From Octopus sinensis (taxonomy: Eukaryota), in NCBI RefSeq assembly GCF_006345805.1, contig NC_043005.1:91450001-91514000 (forward strand): a DNA stretch of 64,000 bases, given 5' to 3'. Positions 13,881 through 39,759 of this stretch are shown in pieces. The notes beneath the pieces were generated by a model. That model worked only from the letters and a program-made list of their open reading frames with translations. It had not been told where the DNA came from and made no database searches. Every line of letters starts with the position of its first letter. The stretch's first letter is position 1. The position numbers were made by a program, and so were the translations under genes.

Positions 13881-14511
13881 CTTCTCTTGAAGACCATGCC
13901 ATTCTTTTTGCTAACTTTTCCAACACTAACATCAAACCAATAATTGTGCAACTCAGTTTACAGACTTATTTCATATTTTGTTTATGACTACTGAGGCGAA
14001 ACTATTCATAGCTATATTTGTTTCTAAGACTGACTTGGAAACTAATTTGTAATTGACATCACCTTTCTCAGAAGATAACATAACCAAATAAAATGTTCCA
14101 AGCTAGAAAAAACCCCCCACAAAAAACAAAAGTTGAAGATCAAAAGAACCCATGGAAATGAACTTAAATGCACCAAATAAATTGATCTCATATATCAGGC
14201 TGAGTAAAAAGCAACATTTTGAAACATTAAATTCATAATATATTGCAACAATGTGAAAATTTGATTCACAAAGTAGGTACCATTACAATCAACACATTTT
14301 TGCTGAGTTACAAGTTTGTTTATTCCGTTTGTTTATTCATAAAAGTTGAGGGAACTTGGCTATGAAGCTCCTACCCACCCAGTTTATTCCCCAAAACTTT
14401 CTTACTGACTACCACTTTTTCAAGTACCTTGATGGTTTCTTGCAAGTTCAAAAATCAAACCTATGCTGAAAGTGCGCGAGTGCTTGCATTTGCCTTTTAT
14501 GCAAAAATCAC

Positions 14512-15369
14512 CATCATCATCATCATCGTTTAACGTCCGTTTTCCGCGCTAGCACGGGTTGGACGGTTCGACCAGGGTCTGGAAAGCCAGGGGCTGCTCC
14601 AGGTTCCAGTCTGATCTGGCAGTGTTTCTACAGCTGGATGCCCTTCCTAACGCCAACCACTCCGCGAGTGTAGTGGGTGCTTTTTACGTGCCACCTGCAC
14701 AGGTGCCAGAGGGGTCTGGCATCGGCCACGATTGGTTGGTGCTTTTTATGTGCCACCGGCACAGAAGCCAGTCGAGGCGGGGCTGGCATCGGCCACATTC
14801 GGATGGTGCTTTTTAAGTGCCACCGGCACAGAAGCCAGTCAAGGCGGGGCTGGCAACGGTCACGTTCGGATGGTGCTTTTTATGTGCCGCTGGCACAGGT
14901 ATCACAACTACTGTTTCCATTGATATTTGGTTCGATGTTCATGTACATGCACTTGACTCAACAGGTCTACTCAAGCACAGCGAGATGTTCCAGGATCCAA
15001 GGTAATTTGAATGGGCAGGGGCTGTGTGGAACTGGTGCCGGAAGCATCCCGGGTCTTAGTAGTCACAGCACATCTCCAGAGATCTCGGTCCTTCGCCATT
15101 GCCTCAGTGAGGCCCAACGCTCTTAGGTCATGCTTGACTACCTCATCCCATGTCTTCCTGGGTCTACCTCTCCCCCTGATTCCTTCAACTGTTCGGGAGT
15201 AGCACTTCTTCACACGTCTCCTCATCCATCCGCAGTACATGACCATACCATCGCAAGCGTCGCTCTAGCACACCGCATCTGATGCTTCTTATGCCTAGCA
15301 TTTCTCTCAGGGTGCTTACACTCTGTCGTGCATTCACACTGACATTACACATCCAGCGGATCATGCTAG
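14512..15369 (-). mobile_element. 5'-truncated RTE LINE 3' end with tandem ~55-bp 3'UTR units
   Basis: ASMIRWMCNV, RGRGRPRKTWDEVV, conserved tail and (CAT)n at about 14512. Confidence 0.9.
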
Positions 15370-15769
15370 CATAAATGGCTGCGCGAATTGCTTCCATACT
15401 TGGGATGCATAAATAATTTGAACTGTAGTTCTGGAGCCGATGAACTCTTTGAATGCACTTTCAGCATAGGTTTGATTTTTAAACTCCCGCAGGAAACCAT
15501 CAAGGTGCTTGAAAAAGTGGTAGTCAGTAGGATAAAGTTCTGGGGAATAAACTGGGTGGGTAAGAGCTTAATAGCCAAGTTCCCTCAACTTCTGGAGCGT
15601 CATTAGGAAAACTTGTGGTTGAGCATTGTCATGAAGAATGATTGCTCCTCTTCTGCTGAGAAGTCTGGGACAGAGGAGGAGCAGATTTTTTGTTCACTTT
15701 GGCAATATGTTTCTGCAGTAATGGTTTTTCTAGGTTTTAAGAAATTATAGTGGAAGAGTCCAGCAGTAC

Positions 15770-16290
15770 ACCACCAAAACCTTGAAGAGCTTGGGTTTAG
15801 GGAAGGTTTTCAGCAAAGAACGTTTTTTTATAAGCGATTAGAATCCACTTTTCATCTCAAGTTACAATAGTCGAGAAATGAATATATCTGTGCATTTTCT
15901 GATTTTCATTCAAATCAAGTAGTACCCATTTGTCGAACTTTTTTTATTTTCCAACTGTGTGCAAATGGTTGCAGGCAGTTTTCTGGCTAACTTGAAGTTC
16001 TTTTGCTAATTCTCAAGTGGTTTTACATGGATTTTTCTCAATGAAGGTCTTTAATTGACTTTCATCACTGATATCTATCATTCACTATGCTCACGATCTT
16101 CAAAGTTCACATCTCCACTGTGAAATTGCTTCAACCATTTTCAAGCTGACCACTCACTAGTCATTTCCTCAACAAACGTTTCATTGATATTGCAAACTGT
16201 TTCAGCTGCTTTACATCCTTTTTTGAAGTTGAATAGCAAAATTGCTTGAATATTGCACTTTGACAGTTCCATTTCAGATAATTAAAACAA
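15770..16290 (-). mobile_element. Degenerate mariner transposase remnant
   Basis: Minus strand reads MELSKCNIQAILLFNFKKGCKAAETVCNINETF (mariner N-terminal HTH region). Confidence 0.65.
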
Positions 16291-17354
16291 TGGTGAAAAA
16301 AATATCAATGTTAATTTACTGATGCATTTGGGCAATTGCAAAAAAAAAAAAAAAATTCAAAACTCTGCAAAAATCCAGTGCAAATTTTTCATGGTTCAAA
16401 ACATTCCACAATCCATTTCAATCACTCTTGTGAAGATATTTAGGTAACTCATTTTTTCATTTAATGCTCCTACTTACAGCTCCTTTTGCATGAAGTATGT
16501 AGTGCCAAATCATTCCAAGATTCAAAGAGGGTAAATGGTTTTTTAGAAAATGATGAGCATTGGGACCTTGCATTGACTAAGTCATCAGTATCAGATTCTC
16601 CAAGGAAACTCCGTAACCTTTGTGCAATTATACTGAACATGTGTCAACTTGGCAGTCCCCTACATCTTTGTAGGAAACATCACGAGGACATGGCCAAGGA
16701 CTTAAAGTATGCGGCTCAACAGGCAAACCCAGATATCAATATTCAGTTCTCTGAAACAATTTTTAACCAAGCACTGATTGAAATTGTGGATCAAGTTCTG
16801 GCCATGAGAGGCAAAAATTTGCAAATCTGGCTCCGGAATGCCAGAAACATAGCAAGAGAGATAAATTATAACAGAGTTGGCTGCATTTGTGAATGAACAT
16901 GAACATAAACTTCTTCCAGAACACCATGCATATTAAATTATTTCATCAGTCAGAGAAAAAAATGTAGAGAAATTTTCTTTATGCACCTGGTAGCACAGGT
17001 AAAACATTTGTAACAACATTGCTTCTCTCCAAGGTAAGGCAATATTGCTGTAGCATTGTCTGGCTTTGCTGACACCATTCTCCTAGGAGGACAAACAGCT
17101 CATTCTGCCTTTAAATTATTGCTAAACCTGGTTACAAATAACAGTCCAATTTGTAACAATGTGCAAGCTTTAATTACATAGGGACCAATGTGCAGAACTG
17201 CTTTCAACCCGGCTCCTTCAATTAGGAAATGGAGAAGTACCATTTGATGGGAATGGTGATACTTGCTATATATAAAAAAAAGACAGTAAGGATTAACCAT
17301 GAATTAATGAATAAGATTCCAACAGTCATTAGAGAGTACAAGTCAGTCGATTAA

Positions 17355-18745
17355 CCCTTTCATTACTAACCCAGCTGTAGCCGGCCGAAAAATTTTTGGT
17401 TCATAATACCAACCCGGCCGAGAGAACCTATTGTTATTTGAATGTAAATTTGAACCCAAATCTCGTTGGTACATTCATTAAAACACGTGATTTCACTTTG
17501 TAAATAGTTGGGTTAAAGTATCCGACATTGCTTGACATGATATCTCAACTCAGTAAATTTTGGGAGATTTTTTTCCACATTTTTTTCGGCATCGATTTTT
17601 CTTCAACTTTGAAAATGGATAGGAATTTCATGTTATCAAGCATTGATTCTGAATTTAAAGCTTTTTCAACGGAAAATTGGGAGATATCGAGAAAAAGAAT
17701 GAATGAGGTACAAAAGCACGTGGTGTACAATAATGAATAGGATATTTCTTTATCCGAAACCGAAAGCAGCGATTCCGAAGAAACAATGCGGCGATAGCAA
17801 CAGCAAAGACGATTTTACATTGGAATGAAGTAAAAACTTTTAAAATGTTTTCATTAGCAATTTTTCTGAGGAGATAGAGTTTATCTATAGTCTTTCTTAG
17901 GAAGCAAAACCATTAGACTTTCATTTTTTTCAGTATGCTTGTTTGAAGCGATCACTGCGGAAACACAAACTGGGGGATCCAAGTTTGGAAAATTTGTGAA
18001 GCAAATACTGGGTACTGTTGTGGATTTAGTTTTTATACAGGGAAAATAGTATTAGTCAGCATGGCTTAGAGTACGATGTAGTCTGGAAGTTATTGTTTGA
18101 AGCAATTACTGCGGAAACAAATTTACGCAGAATGTAAACAAACACAAAATGGGGGATCAAAGTTTGGAAAATTTGTGAAGCAAATACTAGGTACTGCTGT
18201 GGATTTAGTTTTTATACAGGGAAAATAATGTTAGTCAGCATGGCCTAGGGAACGATGTGGTCTGGAATTTATCACTTACATACCATAACCAGGGCCGTAT
18301 ATTGTTTTTTCACCAATTTCTTTAGTTCGGTCAAACTTGCAGTATTTCAGTTTATTTCACCTTTATGGTACACCTGTTCTGTTGTGCATTAAATCCAACT
18401 GATGATCTTGTGATGTGCACAATTCTTCTTTATTAAAATTTTGTTGCATACCCAATTGAATATTAGCTGATGATTCATTTTCTATGGTGATGTTTAAACA
18501 AAATTTTAATATTTTTACCTTTTGCTCAATTTACCCGTAATTAGAGTCACTTTGAGACTAAAGTTATGCAATAGAACTGATTAAGAATCTTTTCTTTAAT
18601 TATGTTCCAAATATCACATTAATATGTTGATAAGTAAAAAAGTTACAGTTATTTAATGAAACAAGCCTAAATTCATGATCTATTTTAGAATTTAATTGAA
18701 ACTCATGAGGGGTGTATTTTGGTCAGAAATATAGTAACGAAGGTG
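17355..18745 (+). mobile_element. Non-autonomous piggyBac (subfamily A)
   Basis: TTAA|CCCTTTCATTAC ... GTAACGAAGGTG|TTAA; internal transposase fragments and a ~170-bp internal duplication. Confidence 0.85.
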
Positions 18746-19063
18746 TTAAGTCCTTGGTGAAAATCAAGCTGTACATTACCCAACAGAGTTCCTTAATTCT
18801 CTCAAGCCACCTGGAACTCCTCCAAACTTTTTCTGAAGGTAGGAGTCCTATTAATGCTTCTAAGAAATTTAGATCCTCCTAAATTATGCAATGGGACCAG
18901 GTTGATTGCAAAGACCTTATCACCTAATGTGATAGAAGCTACCATCATCACTGCATGTACCTCTGGGGAAAAGGTTTTCATTCCAAGAATTCCAATCAAA
19001 CCAACAAATATGTTAAGTTCAAACAAACAATTCCCAGTACAACTTTGCTTCGCAATGTTTTAA

Positions 19064-20134
19064 CCCTTTCGTTACTAAACCGCCCAAAGCTGCCCGAAAA
19101 AAATTTTGGTTAATGTGACCAAACCGCCCAAATTTACCTATTTATATTTAAATGAGAATATCAGAGCAAATCTCTTTAGTACATTCGTGAAAACACGTAT
19201 TATACTTCGTAAACAGTTCAACTACAGTTTTGTACAATAATCGAAGTGTAATTTTAATTCCGTGAATTTTGAGAGATTTTTTTCCGAAATTTGTTCCTAT
19301 CGTATTTTCAAAATTTGTAATTCTGACAAAAAATGGATACGAATTTCATTATATCAAGCAGCGAGTCAGAATTCGAAGGATTTTCTACTGAAGACCTTCA
19401 TAAATCTAACTCTATGACTGAAAAAAAAAAGCACATGGTATTTGATAATGAATCTGATGTTTCATTTTCCAAAAGTGAAAACAGTGAATTCGAGAGCTCC
19501 GACAGCGATAAAGAAAACGAATTGACACCTGAATGGAGTGAAAATTTAAAAACTGTTTCTTTCGGTGATTTTTCTGAAGAAACTGGACCAAGCCACAGAC
19601 TTTCCCAGAGGAGTAAAGCCTTAGACTATTTCTTTTTACTTTTTCAAATGAGCCTATTTGAAATCATTACGGCGAAAACGAACTGTTACGCTAAACGTAA
19701 ACAAAGCGAAAGAAAGGATACTTTGTGGTTTCCCATAACCTTAAATGAAATTAAGACTATTTTGCCGTAAATATTATTATGGGTATCAGAAAGTTACCCA
19801 GAATAACAAATTCTATCGTAAAATTTTGTTGTATACCCAATTGAATATTAGCTAATAACCCATTTTCTATAGCGATGTTTGAACAATTTTAATTTTATAT
19901 TTTGTTGAATTTACCTGTATCTACCTGCAATTAGAGTCACTTTGTGACAAAAATTATAGTATAGAATTGGTTGAGAATATTTCATTAAATTATCTTCCAA
20001 AAATCAGATTAATATATTGATAAATAAAAAAGTTATAGTTGTTTAATGAAACCAGACTAAATTTATGATTACGTTAGAAATTAATTGAAACACATAAGGG
20101 GTGTATTTTGGTCAGAAATATAGTAACGAAAGGG
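19064..20134 (+). mobile_element. Non-autonomous piggyBac (subfamily B, internal deletion derivative)
   Basis: TTAA|CCCTTTCGTTAC ... GTAACGAAAGGG|TTAA; ORF 19333-19770 resembles the acidic N-terminus of the transposase in the 22859 element. Confidence 0.92.
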
Positions 20135-21150
20135 TTAATAAAGCTACAAAGTCAGACTTTGAAATCTACTGGCTTGCATTTTATTGAGCCTTGCTTTTCT
20201 CATGGTCAACTTTATGTTGGTGGTTCCAGTTTGCAAGACTTATTTCAAACCAGAAAACAAAGAATGTTGTTTACCCAGCTCTTATGTAATCTCCTTCAAT
20301 ATATGTGATAGAATTTATCTCCTTTCATAAAAGTGGTAAATTTTGTGTTTCCAGTTATTTTGTATTATGAATTGATTTCCCAATTAACTTTAGAACGACC
20401 GTGCGAAGGAGGGGGGGGGGGACGAAGATTGGCTCCTTTAATACATCGCATGGTAGATTACAATAAATGCAAAAAGAATAAATGAGTACAAGTGCCAGAA
20501 GGAAAAGAGAGACACAACCGGTAAAATGTTTAAGAGATTTTATTTCATGTGTTACCTGTGTGCAAACATTGATGTATGCGTGTGCGATAAGTACAGAGCA
20601 TTGAAAGAGTCTATAATATATGCCGTTAGAAGAATGTTCAGACACAGGAAGATAAATACCAGTTCGTAGTCAAGGTACTCAATAGTTGAAGTGCTCTAAC
20701 AAGAAGTTGAGGCTGCAATGCAGAACCGATCGAGGCCCATATGCGGGAAGCTGTGGCTACTATGCAGAGCCGGTTAAGTTGTTACAGGAGTTCTTGCAGG
20801 TTGTACTTGCTGTTACCCATGGTGAAGTAATTCACAAACAATGAGGAGATAGAACCTGTGCAAGGATTGCTATGTACATAGAGATGTTGATGACGTTAAG
20901 ATGAAGGCGACAGAGATGGAGGTCCTGAAAGTTGCTCGACGAAGTTGAATCTCCATGTGGCTGCTGTGGTATGTCGCTGGAACTGGCTGTGTACTCTGTG
21001 GTCAGACCTAAAAAGGTCTAGAACCGAAAGACTTTGACTCAATAAATCACTAAGTTTTATGGGTACCAGTTGGCGCAAACTGAGGTTTAGAAGAGACTGT
21101 CTCACGTGACCTTATCAGAAGGCTGCGATTAGCTGGGTTGCACATTGGCA

Positions 21151-21293
21151 TGTAACAGAACGAGAGACAAAAGTGCACCAATACCAACCAGTCAAGAGTA
21201 GTGGACACAACAGGGTTCAAAAGAGCGGCCGAAGGTTAGCTGTTATCTATTACATCCGTACTTATGTATATATAACAGAGAGAGACCGCTACA
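21151..21293. mobile_element. Possible LTR (TG...CA) with GC-richer putative internal sequence extending to about 20650
   Basis: TGTAAC...GCTACA termini; no convincing PBS or gag motif. Confidence 0.3.
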
Positions 21294-21295
21294 AA

Positions 21296-22854
21296 CCCTT
21301 TCAATACTAACCTGGCTGTAGCCGGCCGAGAGTACCCAGTTATTTAAATGTGAATTTAAGCACAAATCTCCCCAAGGACTTGACTGATTTGTACTCTCTA
21401 ATGACTGTTAGAACCTTATTCATTAATTCATGGTTAATCCTTACTGTGCCGGTGGCATGTTAAAAGCACCAACCGATCGTGGCCGACGCCAGACTCCCCT
21501 GGCACCTGTGCCGGTGGCACGTAAAAAGCACCCACTACACTCGCGGAGTGGTTGGCGTTAGGAAGGGCATCCAGCTGTAGAAACACTGCCAGATCAGACT
21601 GTAGCCTGGTGCAGCCCCTGGCTTCCCAGACCCCGGTCGAACCGTCCAACCCGTGCTAGCGTGGAAAACGGACGTTAAACGATGATGATGAATCCTTACT
21701 GTCTTTTTTTTATAGCAAGAATTACTCTTTCACACAACCATTTGTGAAAATATGCAATTTCACTTTGTAAATAATTGAGTTATAGTATCTGACATTGCTT
21801 GACATGTTATCTGAACTCAGTGAATTCTGGGAGATTTTTTCCTCACACTTTTACGGCATCGATTTTTTTTCAACTTTGAAAATGGATAGGAGTTTCATGT
21901 TATCAAGCAGTGATTACGAATTTAAAGGTTTTTCAATGGAAAATATGGAGATATCGAGAAAAAGAATAAATGAGGCACAAAAAAACCTGGTGTATGAGAA
22001 TGAATAGGATATTTCTGTATCTGAAACCAGCGATTCTGAAGAAACCAAAAGCAGCGATAACAAAAACGATTTTACATCGGAATGAAGTAAAAAAACTTCA
22101 AAAATGTATTTATTAGCAATTTTTCTTAGGAGATAGGGGGTCGATCCTTAGTCTTTCTTAGGAAGCAAAACCATTAGACCTATTTTTTTCAGTATGCTTG
22201 TTTGAAGCGATCACTGTGGAAACAACCTGTTACGCAAAATGTAAACAAACAGTATATGCCAGGAAAGCCCACAAAATGGGGGATCAAAGTTTGGAAAATT
22301 TGTGAAGCAAATACTGAGTACTGCTGTGGATTGAGTTTTTATACAGGGAAAATAATGTTAGTCAGCATAGCCTAGGGTACAATGTGGTCTGGAATTTATC
22401 ATTTACGTACCATAACCAGGGCTGTATATTATTTTTTGACCAATTTTTTTAGTTCGGTCAAACTTGCGGTGGATTCCAGTATTTCACCTTTATGGTACAA
22501 CTGATGATCTAGTGATGTGCACAATTCTTATATGTCAAAATTTTGTTGCATACCCAATTGAATATTAGCTGATGCTTCACTTTCTATGGTGATGTTTAAG
22601 CAAAATTTTAATATTTTTACCTTTTGCTCAGTTTACCCGGATTTACCTGTAATTAGAGTCACTTTGAGACAAAAGTTATGCAATAAAATTGATCAAGAAC
22701 TCTTTCTTTAATTATGTTCCAAATAGCACATTAATATGTTGAAGTAAAAAAGTTACAGTTGTTTAATGAAAGTAGTCTAAATTCACAATTATGTTAGAAT
22801 TTAATTGAAACTCATGCGGGGTGTATTTAGGTCAGAAATATAGTAACGAAAAGG
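21296..22854 (+). mobile_element. Non-autonomous piggyBac (subfamily A) carrying an RTE tail insertion
   Basis: CCCTTTCAATAC ... GTAACGAAAAGG|TTAA; body collinear with 17355-18745. Confidence 0.85.
21448..21690 (+). mobile_element. RTE 3'-end copy with 12-bp target-site duplication
   Basis: AATCCTTACTGT at 21436-21447 and 21691-21702; (GAT)n tail. Confidence 0.92.
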
Positions 22855-22858
22855 TTAA

Positions 22859-25428
22859 CCCTTTCGTTACCAAACCGCCCAAAGCTGCCTGAAAAAAATT
22901 TTGGTTCATGTGACCAAGCCGCCCGTAATTACCTATTCATATGTAAATGAGAATATCAGAGCAAATCTCGTTAGTACATTCGTGAAAACACGTGATTATA
23001 CTTTGTAAACAGTTCATCTATAGTTTTGTACAACAATCGACGTGTAATTTTAATTCCGTGAATTTTGGGAGATTTTTTTCCAAATTTGTTCCCGTTGTAT
23101 TTTCAAAATTTGTAATTCTGACAAAAAAATGGATACGAACTTCATTCTATCAAGCAGCAAGTCAGAATTCAAAGGATTTTCTACTGAAGACCTTGATAAA
23201 TCTAACTATGACTGAAGAAAAAAAAAAAAAAAAACGCGTGGTATTTGATAATGAATTTGATGCTTCATTTTCCGAAAGTGAAAGCAGTGAATCAGAGCTT
23301 CAACAGCGATAAATAAAATGAAATTGCACCTTTCTTTCAGTGATTTTTCTGAAGAAACTGGACCAAGCCACAGTCTTTCCCAGGAGAGTAAAGCTTTAGA
23401 CTATTTCTTTTTACTTTTTCCAATGAGCCTATTTGAAATCATTACGGTAGAAACAAACCGTTATGCTGAATGTAAGCAAAGCTGAAAAAAAAGATAGTTT
23501 GTGGTTTCCCACAACTTTAAATGAAATTAAGGCCTATTTTGCCATAAATATTATTATGGGTATCAGAAATTTACCCAGAATAACAAATTACTGGAGTAGC
23601 GATAAGCCCTTTGGAGACGAATATGTATCAAGTATAATGACGAGGACACGATTTTTGAAATTGACTCAGTATTTGCATGTAAGAGACACGAGCAGTACAC
23701 CAGTACGTGGAGAACCAGGCTTTGATCCCTTATTTAAAATAAGACCCCTTATTGACTGTGTTCAAAACACAAAACTTTATAAACCGGAGAGATGTTTATC
23801 AATTGATGAGGGTATGGTGGGCTATAAAGGCCGAGTACGTTTCCGACAGCATATTCCAGGAAAGCCCACAAAATGGGGGATCAAAGTTTGGAAGATTTGT
23901 GAATTGAATACTGGGTACTGCTCTGGATTTGAATTTTATACTGGCAAAAGAGACAATTATGTAAGTCAACATGGCCTAGGGTACGATGTGGTCTGGAATT
24001 TATCACTTACATACCATAACCAGGGCCGTATATTATTTTTTGACCGATTTTTCAGTTCGGTCAAACTTGCAGAGAATTTAGATACTGTGGCAACACATAC
24101 ATGTGCTACAGTGTTCGCTAGTAGAAAAGGACTGCCGTTGGATATAAAAAAAAAATTTTTTTTAAAGGTGAAATAATTCAACGGCAGAAAGGAAATTTGC
24201 TAGCGACCGCATAGAGATAAGAGGCAGATCAATTTTCTGTCTACCTGTGCACAGCAACATGTGGATGAAAATGGCACGTCATTTGTGAACCTCGATTATA
24301 ACAGGTACATGGGTGGTGTAGATTGGCTGAATCAGATGATGTCTTGCTATCCAGTTGGCAGACCGGGGAATAAATAGTGGCGATACCTGGTTTGGTATAT
24401 AGTAAACATGAGTATTACTAATGTGTTTATACTATATACCAAATTGGGGCCGGCTTGAAAGCGATGCAACCATCTGCAGTTCCGATAAGATGTAGCAACG
24501 CAACTAAGAGCTGGTTATTCCTCAAATAACTGTAGGGAGAAGAAGCAAAGCCTGCCAGAGGGATATCCCTCTGAATTCAGCCGATCTCCATAAATTAGGG
24601 GAAAAAAAAAGAGGGTCGCAAAAAGCAGTGTCGCAAATGCCTTCATCAAAAAAGGAAAGCTCCTAGTGGAAAGGCTGTTGAAACAACTTTCCAATGGGCT
24701 TTCTGCAAGGTTGCATTATGTAGAGCAGGGTGCTTTACAAGTTTTCACGATAGGAATATTGTTTGATTTGTATATATGTGTGATTTGATTTTATAAATAT
24801 TTTCAAATTTATTTCGTTTTTATTTTTCTTTGTGTAATTTTAATTTACTTGTTATTTTAATTTACCTGTAAGGTGAGTGATGAATTTTGATTAATTTCTT
24901 TTGTAAATCATTATTCTATCTGTGTATCTATGTATGTTGGAGAGCTTATTTAATCTAGTTGATGGTGTGTGTGTGTATTTTGTTTTCTAGTTTTCCTCAC
25001 AGACAAATTCCAGTCTTTCGTTTTACTTATACCTTCATGGTACACCTGTCTTTTGTGTGTTTAAATTCACCTGATGAATCCAGTAATATGCACAACTCTT
25101 CTATAGTAAAATTTTGCTGTATACCCAATTGAATATTAGCTAATAACCCATTTTCTATAGTGATGTTTGAACAAAAATTTTAATAATTTTATATTTTGTT
25201 GAATTTACCTGTATCTACCTGTAATTAGAGTCACTTTGTGACAAAAATTATGGTATAGAATTGGTTGAGAACCTTTCATTAAATTATTTTCCAAAAATCA
25301 CATTAATATATTGATAAATAAAAATGTTATAGTTGTTTAATGAAACAAGACTAAATTTATGATTATGTTAGAAATTAATTGAAACACATAAGGGGTGAAT
25401 TTTGGTCAGAAATATAGTAACGAAAGGG
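22859..25428 (+). mobile_element. Full-length (2570 bp) but inactivated piggyBac transposon, PGBD4-like transposase
   Basis: TTAA-flanked TIRs; SIDEGMVGYKGR, KPTKWGIKVW, FFDRFFSS, YMGGVD; C-terminal Cys-rich CRKC...CKVALCRAGCFTSFH near 24630-24745; stops and frameshifts. Confidence 0.93.
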
Positions 25429-25621
25429 TTAAATATAGAGCTGAAGTATTTCAGGATTACAGTATATTTTTGTGCCATCACTGCCTTGCCTAACACACTC
25501 AACTATTGCATCACTCAGTGCCTTGCTCTGTAGAAACATCTGCACAGTATCAGTTTTAATATCAACTGAAACAACCACTAAAATCTTAAGAAATAAAAGA
25601 ATGCAAAATCAAAAGTTACCA

Positions 25622-25627
25622 TTTATT
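25622..25627 (-). terminator. Putative polyadenylation signal of ATP5F1B
   Basis: AATAAA on the minus strand about 80 nt after the stop codon. Confidence 0.55.
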
Positions 25628-25705
25628 ACCTCAAATGAATATCTACAGTAGGTGAACTGGTAAAATAAACTGCTCCAAGAAACATTTGTTAATGAACTAT
25701 ACTTT

Positions 25706-38882
<13,177 letters not shown>

Positions 38883-38899
38883 GGACGATCACTGCAACG

Positions 38900-38990
38900 T
38901 AAGGAAGTCACGTGCTCATTTATCTGAGGTGTTCGGCTACGAAGCAGACATCGAAATACTTCGGTAATTTCCGTCTTATTTATAAGGCTC
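38900..38990 (-). promoter_or_regulatory. ATP5F1B proximal promoter/5'UTR
   Basis: TATAAATA (38977-38984, minus); E-box GTCACGTG (38907-38914) overlapping ETS core AGGAAGT; locally CpG-rich. Confidence 0.45.
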
Positions 38991-39489
38991 GTATTTATTA
39001 ATATTTTTAATGAAATTAAATTATATGGCCTTGCTTCAGGTTTAATTCACTAATTTTTTTTCATAAATAAAATGTCTGCAGTAAAATAAGAAATAAAATT
39101 GAAATCATATTTCAATCCTATTAAAAAGCCGACATGTTGTGTAATGAAAAGGTGACCGCAATTATCAATGACAACTGTTCTTCAGGGAAGTCAAACGAAA
39201 GCGAAATGAAATGAAATAAAATACTATATAGCTGTTATAAACATCTTTTTTTTTTTAAATATCAACAACCATTAATGTCATATTAAGAAAGTGACTATAA
39301 CATGGTGACTTAACTATTTACTCTAAATTAGTAGCTTTGTAAGCTACTCCCCAAGTTAATTTCGCCAATAAGCAATTAACATTACATAATTTAATTATCA
39401 GAAATGTCTGAAAATAGCTATAATTAAAATATTTTCATTTTGGAGTAACACCAAATTTTAATAGCAAAAATGCATTTTATATCTTCCTA

Positions 39490-39700
39490 TCTGCCTTCAC
39501 TTGTTTGAGTCATTTGACTGCGACCATGTTGGAGCACCGCCTTTAGCCGAACAAATCGATCGCAGAATTTATTCATTGTAAGCCTAGTACTTATCCTATC
39601 GGTCACTTTTGCCGAACCGCTACGTTACGGGGACATAAACACACCAACACCTCAGTTGTCAAGCGATGGTGAGGAGACAAACACAGACACACACACACAC
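39490..39700 (-). mobile_element. 3' portion of an abundant SINE
   Basis: Similar to 43132-43332 (GCCGAACCGCT..ACGGGGACATAAACACACC..GTTGTCAAGC). Confidence 0.7.
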
Positions 39701-39759
39701 AAAGCCTTGTCTCCTGTTTACTGTTGCACTCTAGCATCGACTACTAAATTTCCCAATAG

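Larger units (their letters stand above)
16480..20310 (+). mobile_element. Helitron Rep/Pif1-helicase remnant interrupted by two piggyBac elements
   Basis: FLENDEHW..SPRKLRNL; GGQTAHSAFKL; YPTEFLNSL; LLRNLDPPKLCNGTRL; FIPRIP; FSHGQLYV. Confidence 0.85.
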
